From the IMG/VR virus record IMGVR_UViG_3300045988_014506: DNA of 50,496 bases; one strand, written 5' to 3'. This DNA comes from a virus. The position numbers were made by a program, and so were the translations under genes. The notes below the pieces were generated by a model. The model searched no databases, was not told the DNA's origin, and saw only the letters and a list, made by a program, of their open reading frames with translations. Positions 45,782-50,496 of this stretch are shown here, piece after piece; the stretch's first letter is position 1, and every line of letters begins with the position of its first letter.

Positions 45782-46582
45782 CTAACCTACTTTCTTACAG
45801 ATTGTCTTATAAGCGCACCATCTACAATTCTTAGGATTATCAGTTTTAGGTGGAGCTATCATTCTTTCCACATATCCTTCACACTCCATAATCTTATCAA
45901 TACAGAGTTCCTGCTTCATCTTGCTTGTAACTTCAAATATCTCAGGACACTCCAAGTTACATACGTCTCTATTCTCATAGAGTACAAAAGCTTTATCTAA
46001 ATCAAGTAAAGTACAGTAGCAAGTAACTTGGTCAACGTGTGCTTCATCCACACACTCTTTATCTGCATACTTAAAAGATGTCTGATTTTTGAACTCGAAT
46101 AAGAAGTATTCATCTGTGCTTATTCTTCTTATTATACCATCACATCTAAAACTAACTTTTAGTGCACTATCAAACAATTTAGTTTCTGCTCCATCTTTAC
46201 CCTTAATAACTAAGGTTTTACACTTACCAAACTTTTGCTTCTTCTTAACATATTCTTCCACATCAACATATTCCCAGTCATAACCCAGTTCTCTCATATG
46301 TAGTAAAACTTCTTGGATGGCTTCGTGTCTGCGGGTACCTGTATCAGCCATACCAATAAGATTATAACTTGTACTCTGTGGGTCAGTTGGTGCAGAAGTT
46401 CTAGTAAAGTACATTCCTCTCATACAAGTAAATGAGGACGGTTTATACCAAACTGATGGTTTTCTACTTGTCTGAGCATCATACCTTTCTATAGCGGACA
46501 TAACGTCCACTAAGAATTTCTTATTAGCAGGCAAATCCTTAGTGGCATTGTCCATCATAGTAATGAGTTTTCTTCTACTCAT
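45782..46582 (-). CDS. Cas4/RecB-like PD-(D/E)xK exonuclease
   Basis: 266 aa. CDGIIRR...LFEFK nuclease core. C-terminal CRWCAYKTIC plus an N-terminal Cys fit the Cas4-type Fe-S cluster pattern. Confidence 0.6.
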   Translation of the reverse strand: MSRRKLITMMDNATKDLPANKKFLVDVMSAIERYDAQTSRKPSVWYKPSSFTCMRGMYFTRTSAPTDPQSTSYNLIGMADTGTRRHEAIQEVLLHMRELGYDWEYVDVEEYVKKKQKFGKCKTLVIKGKDGAETKLFDSALKVSFRCDGIIRRISTDEYFLFEFKNQTSFKYADKECVDEAHVDQVTCYCTLLDLDKAFVLYENRDVCNLECPEIFEVTSKMKQELCIDKIMECEGYVERMIAPPKTDNPKNCRWCAYKTICKKVG

Positions 46583-47669
46583 TCTTATTGCTTTCTAACT
46601 CTTCGTCCTCCAAAAGAGCTATTACCTGAGTGACTTTTCCACTCTCAATCTTAAGTGCGTTCTCATTACCATAATAAATCTTAACTGTCTCATCTGGGTT
46701 AGCAATTAACTGCTCTTTAAGCATTGGAATGTCTACGCAGCAAACAAATGGTTCAAAATCTTTACTTTCTACATAGTTTACTGTTTCCACAGAAGCATCT
46801 TTCTTACTATGAATATTGATACCTTTTCTACCAAAAGTAAAATAAGCACCATTCTTATCATAGGGTTCTATGAATAATGCTAATCTATCAAGTACGTCCA
46901 GTAATAGGTCTTTAGGAACTTTACAACTAGAAGTAAATGCTTCATCCAAGTATGCTTTAATCTCAGATACTGGATAATCTTCGATACCTTCCAGAACAGG
47001 TCCGGTTATAACTACATCTTTGGTTACAAAATTAAGTTCTGAATTATTAATAACCATATACTCAATTTTCTCACTACTATTGAGTGTTAGCAAAGCCATC
47101 ATCTGAGAAGATATAAGTAATGGTTCACCATACTTAAAAGCATCAAAACCATTAAAAGTTATAACACTTCCATCTGTTGTAATAACCATATCTCCGCAGT
47201 AATAACCAGTTAAACTTGGCTGTTCCAATGTCTTAGACAATGCCGACTTATTAATATTATAAGCTGCTAAAATGCTAGTAAGTAAAACTTCTCCATCAGG
47301 TTCATTTCCTACTTTAACATCAGGAAAAGATACAATACCTTCCTCATCTGCAATTAATGGTAGTTTATATGTACCATTGGCTTTAATTATTAACTTATCA
47401 TCATTAACAGACAAGTCAACTTCTTCAGAAGTAATCTTGGAAATAAGTTTGCCGAACTTATCAGCATCAACTGTGATATCCATATCATCTCCTACTACTT
47501 TATCAATGATAATACATAGCGTATTAGTCATATCTGTAGTCAGTAATCTAAGATTACCTTGTGATAACTTAATACCAACCATTGAGGTCAAAGGAATTAA
47601 GTTATTAAAACTGGCACCTTTTATTGCCTTATTTACTGCGTCTTTGAATCTTTGAGTTGAAACTTTCAT
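46575..47669 (-). CDS. dnaN: DNA polymerase III beta-type sliding clamp
   Basis: 364 aa. Beta-clamp length and N-terminal pattern (IPLTSMVGIKLSQGNLRLLTTDMTN...VDADKFGKLI). Confidence 0.7.
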   Translation of the reverse strand: MKVSTQRFKDAVNKAIKGASFNNLIPLTSMVGIKLSQGNLRLLTTDMTNTLCIIIDKVVGDDMDITVDADKFGKLISKITSEEVDLSVNDDKLIIKANGTYKLPLIADEEGIVSFPDVKVGNEPDGEVLLTSILAAYNINKSALSKTLEQPSLTGYYCGDMVITTDGSVITFNGFDAFKYGEPLLISSQMMALLTLNSSEKIEYMVINNSELNFVTKDVVITGPVLEGIEDYPVSEIKAYLDEAFTSSCKVPKDLLLDVLDRLALFIEPYDKNGAYFTFGRKGINIHSKKDASVETVNYVESKDFEPFVCCVDIPMLKEQLIANPDETVKIYYGNENALKIESGKVTQVIALLEDEELESNKNE

Positions 47670-47683
47670 CTATAAATCCTCCT

Positions 47684-48352
47684 TTATATATCTTTCTTTT
47701 TAAGAAAGTTTGTTACTGGTCTTGTAATAAATGGTACAAGTACACTTTCAATTAGCACTTCTAAAGATGTTCCTAATAATACTACACTCAACATATCTTC
47801 CCATCTCATCTCAAATGCTGATAACCCAATAGGTGCAAAAGCAATTACTAAGAATATTAAGTTATCGCAGAATTGACCTACAATAGTCGATAAAACTGCT
47901 CTTATAAAGAATAGTATAGAATTATCATTTCCTTTACTGCAAGCTCTATCTCTTAATACTACCATAATATGAGTATTAATATAATTACCAATCCAGAAAG
48001 CAATAAATGATGCTAATGCCGTTCTTACACCATTACTAAATATTAAAGCAAAAGCTGAATTCTGGTCTGGATAAGTCCCAGGTAAAGCAATAACTAATTG
48101 AGCTAATATTACTACAAATAAGTTAAGTAATCCGGCTAAAGTAAATGACCTAACATTGGCTTTCTTTCCATATATTTCTGTAGTTATATCTCCTACCATA
48201 AAAGGTATCCAAGAAACTACCGTTCCACCTCCCATCAATGCAAAAGTTGTAGACCCAATAGTTTTCATCTCAAATAAATTCTGTACTACTGTAAATACGC
48301 AGTAGATACAAGTTAACAATGCTAGATAACTAAATGTACTTTTTTTGTTCAT
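47684..48352 (-). CDS. yhhQ: YhhQ/DUF165-family queuosine-precursor (preQ0/preQ1) transporter
   Basis: 222 aa polytopic membrane protein. FPFMVGDITTEIYGKK-type motif (here IPFMVGDITTEIYGKK) and overall YhhQ-like topology. Confidence 0.75.
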   Translation of the reverse strand: MNKKSTFSYLALLTCIYCVFTVVQNLFEMKTIGSTTFALMGGGTVVSWIPFMVGDITTEIYGKKANVRSFTLAGLLNLFVVILAQLVIALPGTYPDQNSAFALIFSNGVRTALASFIAFWIGNYINTHIMVVLRDRACSKGNDNSILFFIRAVLSTIVGQFCDNLIFLVIAFAPIGLSAFEMRWEDMLSVVLLGTSLEVLIESVLVPFITRPVTNFLKKKDI

Positions 48353-48364
48353 AAAAATTTCCTC

Positions 48365-49291
48365 CTAAAATAATGTTCTTCGTGTAATTTTACTCTCATT
48401 CTTACACTTATAGTTTTTTGCCCAGTTTATTAAAAATAAAGCATTGGCTTTTATTCTTGATACATAATCTGTCTGGACTTCTTCTAAAGTTAATCCAATA
48501 CTTTCTAAATAATCAGATAACTTCTTTTGAGCTTCTGCTGGCATTTTGGCTATATTTCTATCCACATCAATCCTAACTTCGCTACATACAATCTTTCCAT
48601 AAGGTGTCCAAACATCTCCCATAACACCAGCTAAAATCCAAGTAGTTGAATCTGCACTAGTCAATGGAAATTCTTCCATTATATCTAAACTAGTCATACC
48701 AAAAGCGTGAGTCTTAACATTAGGATTAGAACTCTGCTTTATTATAGTGAAGCATTTATCTAAGAATTCTGATTTTGCTTTCTTAGACACATCTCCTCTA
48801 GGTGACAATCCAACATACTCAACTTTACTTCCATCTTCATCACGGAATTCTAACATATTTTCTAACCATTTAAAATTCTCGCCTTGATGGAATACAGGAA
48901 TAAGTTTTTCTGGGCTCTTTACTTTACTTCTCATATATAAGTAATTCTCCCAACTCATTTCTGGGGCTTCTGCCCAATCTTTTGCTGTCTTATGCTGATG
49001 GTACACACCCGGTATCTTATCTACTTGAGCAAAAACTGTAACATACTCATCTATGGAATTTATGAATTCTATATAATCATCCACATCCACTACTCTGCCT
49101 TTTGTATGAGCACTATGAGCACCTGAATCTATAAACAGTTTTTCTTCAGGTTCAGGATTTGGATGAGTTTCAATCCATTTCTTAATGGCCCCACGGTCAT
49201 TTAACTGGCTGAATAATCTTGGTACTTTTGCTTCAGTAAGTAAATCTTGTAATTCCTTGGGACCACCCCCAGCATAATATAAGTCAAGCAT
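48365..49291 (-). CDS. dpdA: DpdA-like DNA-guanine transglycosylase (TGT superfamily)
   Basis: 308 aa. LFIDSGAHS parallels the TGT catalytic-Asp motif DSGGFQ. HAFGMTS...TSADSTTW parallels the second TGT Asp region. Adjacent to yhhQ. Confidence 0.6.
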   Translation of the reverse strand: MLDLYYAGGGPKELQDLLTEAKVPRLFSQLNDRGAIKKWIETHPNPEPEEKLFIDSGAHSAHTKGRVVDVDDYIEFINSIDEYVTVFAQVDKIPGVYHQHKTAKDWAEAPEMSWENYLYMRSKVKSPEKLIPVFHQGENFKWLENMLEFRDEDGSKVEYVGLSPRGDVSKKAKSEFLDKCFTIIKQSSNPNVKTHAFGMTSLDIMEEFPLTSADSTTWILAGVMGDVWTPYGKIVCSEVRIDVDRNIAKMPAEAQKKLSDYLESIGLTLEEVQTDYVSRIKANALFLINWAKNYKCKNESKITRRTLF

Positions 49292-49307
49292 AGCTTATCC
49301 TCCTTTC

Positions 49308-50216
49308 TTAAAATAATCTTTTAGAAGCTGTACTCCTTTTATATTTAGGAACTTCAACTTCATTATAGCATATAGGGTTTAACCTGTCAACATATAATAA
49401 CTTCTTGCTTTTATTATAGTTATTATTAAAATTTCTCCAAGTTATTCTGCCCTTACTATCACGACTTAAACCATAATCTTTATACTGATTACACAAAGCA
49501 TCTAAATCTTTTTGTAGTATTAAGTCTCTTCTTTCTACATCATCACCAAATATACTAGACACATTCATATTAAGATTCTTCTTAATTCCTGTAGTTACTG
49601 TATACCAAGTATAACCTTTAAGTAACCATCTAATAAGAAAGTCAATATCTTCCCTACCTTCTCCATTGTTAGCATCAATATTCTGAAAGTAAAGCTGGGT
49701 ACCTTTATGTTTATATATATTTAATATAAAACCGCAAGCTGACCCAGAATTCAATTCCCTAGGAATAAATCTATGCTTATCTAACACTAACTTGTCTTCG
49801 TAGTTTTCTTTCTTATATGGATGATACTCAGGCTCCAATAATGATATAGCCATAACTTCATAGAAATCTTCCGGATATCTATTTATCTGGTCAAATAATC
49901 CTTCTATATCATAATAAGGATACCATATGGTATCATCATCACAGAGCATAAGAAAGTCATACTGTGTACTATAGAAATAGTCTAATAGTACATTTCTGGC
50001 TTTTCCTGCTCCTAAAGGCTGGTCATATACTATATACTTAATACCGTCTATAAAATCTGATTCTTTATAATTCTGAGCTACAACGATAAACTCATTGTCT
50101 GGATATACTTTGCGTATATGCTCTGCTTGTACCTTAATAGCATCTAACCTTTTCTTTCTTATATTACAATCATCTGGTAAGTATGATACTATACCAATCA
50201 TAACACTATTTTCCAT
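49308..50216 (-). CDS. GT-A fold (family 2-like) glycosyltransferase
   Basis: 302 aa, no TM segment. N-terminal IGIVSYLPDD, GAGKARN, DxD-type LMLCDDDT, EGREDIDF. Confidence 0.55.
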   Translation of the reverse strand: MENSVMIGIVSYLPDDCNIRKKRLDAIKVQAEHIRKVYPDNEFIVVAQNYKESDFIDGIKYIVYDQPLGAGKARNVLLDYFYSTQYDFLMLCDDDTIWYPYYDIEGLFDQINRYPEDFYEVMAISLLEPEYHPYKKENYEDKLVLDKHRFIPRELNSGSACGFILNIYKHKGTQLYFQNIDANNGEGREDIDFLIRWLLKGYTWYTVTTGIKKNLNMNVSSIFGDDVERRDLILQKDLDALCNQYKDYGLSRDSKGRITWRNFNNNYNKSKKLLYVDRLNPICYNEVEVPKYKRSTASKRLF

Positions 50217-50225
50217 AATTGTCTC

Positions 50226-50423
50226 CTACAATGTTCTACCAACCACTATTCCTAATGCTGAATAGAATGCTTCTGCAATCTGCTTATTAGAATATTCTGA
50301 ATAGTCAAAACCATTACACTTCATACTTTCACAGACTTCTACAAGATTAAAATCTAAGAACTCTCCCGTCTGGTCAAGTACTTCTGTAATCTGCTCCACA
50401 AAATAATTTCTAATCTTACTCAT
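50226..50423 (-). CDS. small hypothetical protein (65 aa), first gene after an early cassette
   Basis: ATG at 50423 (MSKIRNYF), 6 nt after GGAGGTG. Confidence 0.55.
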   Translation of the reverse strand: MSKIRNYFVEQITEVLDQTGEFLDFNLVEVCESMKCNGFDYSEYSNKQIAEAFYSALGIVVGRTL

Positions 50424-50496
50424 AATATGCACCTCCAGATTTATTTATTACTATTTCATTGTAACACATAAATCTGGAAAGTGCAATAGGTTTTTT
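50424..50496 (-). promoter_or_regulatory. Early promoter cassette, copy 6 (continues into 1-60 if the genome is circular)
   Basis: Minus strand: TTGCAC (50481-50486), 17 nt, TACAAT (50458-50463) with TGT extension. Confidence 0.75.
50449..50496. repeat. Terminal direct overlap (identical to 1-48)
   Basis: See the feature at 1-48. Confidence 0.8.

Noticed and set aside
111-47655. All plus-strand ORFs in the six-frame track (for example 111-401, 2468-2896, 8785-9057, 22448-22744, 39839-40198, 44978-45349, 47272-47655)
   Set aside because: Each lies antisense to a longer, motif-bearing minus-strand gene. They have low-complexity, S/L/I/F-rich translations typical of shadow frames in AT-rich DNA, and lack Shine-Dalgarno sequences.
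1-50496. Lysogeny module, transposase or other mobile element
   Set aside because: No integrase, recombinase, transposase or CI/Cro-like pair could be recognised in any frame. The tRNA-like gene is complete rather than a 3' fragment of the kind found at attP sites.

Overview
The window reads as an apparently complete genome (~50.4 kb) of an AT-rich tailed dsDNA phage. It is siphovirus-like: a tape measure and major tail protein are present, but no sheath. The ribosome-binding sites and promoters suggest a low-GC Gram-positive host. Bases 1-48 are identical to 50449-50496, so the contig probably closes into a circle. All credible genes (~80) lie on the minus strand, and every plus-strand ORF in the track looks like an antisense shadow.

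Gene order, from high to low coordinates:
- An early operon with a GT-A glycosyltransferase, a DpdA-like DNA transglycosylase, a YhhQ-like preQ0/preQ1 importer, a beta sliding clamp, a Cas4-like nuclease, a RuvC-like resolvase and a RecA-like recombinase.
- A second early block with MazG, clamp loader genes (DnaX, delta-prime-like, delta-like) and small unknowns.
- The packaging and morphogenesis block: TerS, TerL, portal, gp7-like, scaffold, capsid, connectors, tail, TMP, Dit, Tal.
- A lysis cassette.
- An accessory block of unknown function.
- A replication block: SNF2 helicase, initiator-like protein, DnaC-like loader, DnaB, primase, a tRNA-like gene, a gp32-like SSB and a family A polymerase.

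I found no integrase or repressor.

Main points of interest:
1. A salvage-type 7-deazaguanine DNA-modification module sits next to a glycosyltransferase.
2. The DpdA-like protein, the glycosyltransferase and a small clamp-loader-operon protein share a C-terminal SK..RR(T)LF tail. This looks like a beta-clamp-binding peptide.
3. One gene is split by a single in-frame TGA in the leaky TGA-C context.
4. The tRNA-like gene has normal acceptor, D and T arms but a 39-nt anticodon/variable region.
5. A roughly 80-bp early promoter cassette occurs in six copies.
6. About 12 copies of a 13-bp DnaA-box-like motif lie upstream of, and overlap, a consensus late promoter.
7. A fiber-like gene contains a perfect 2 x 288-bp tandem duplication.

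All functional calls come from motif recognition by eye. No database search was run.
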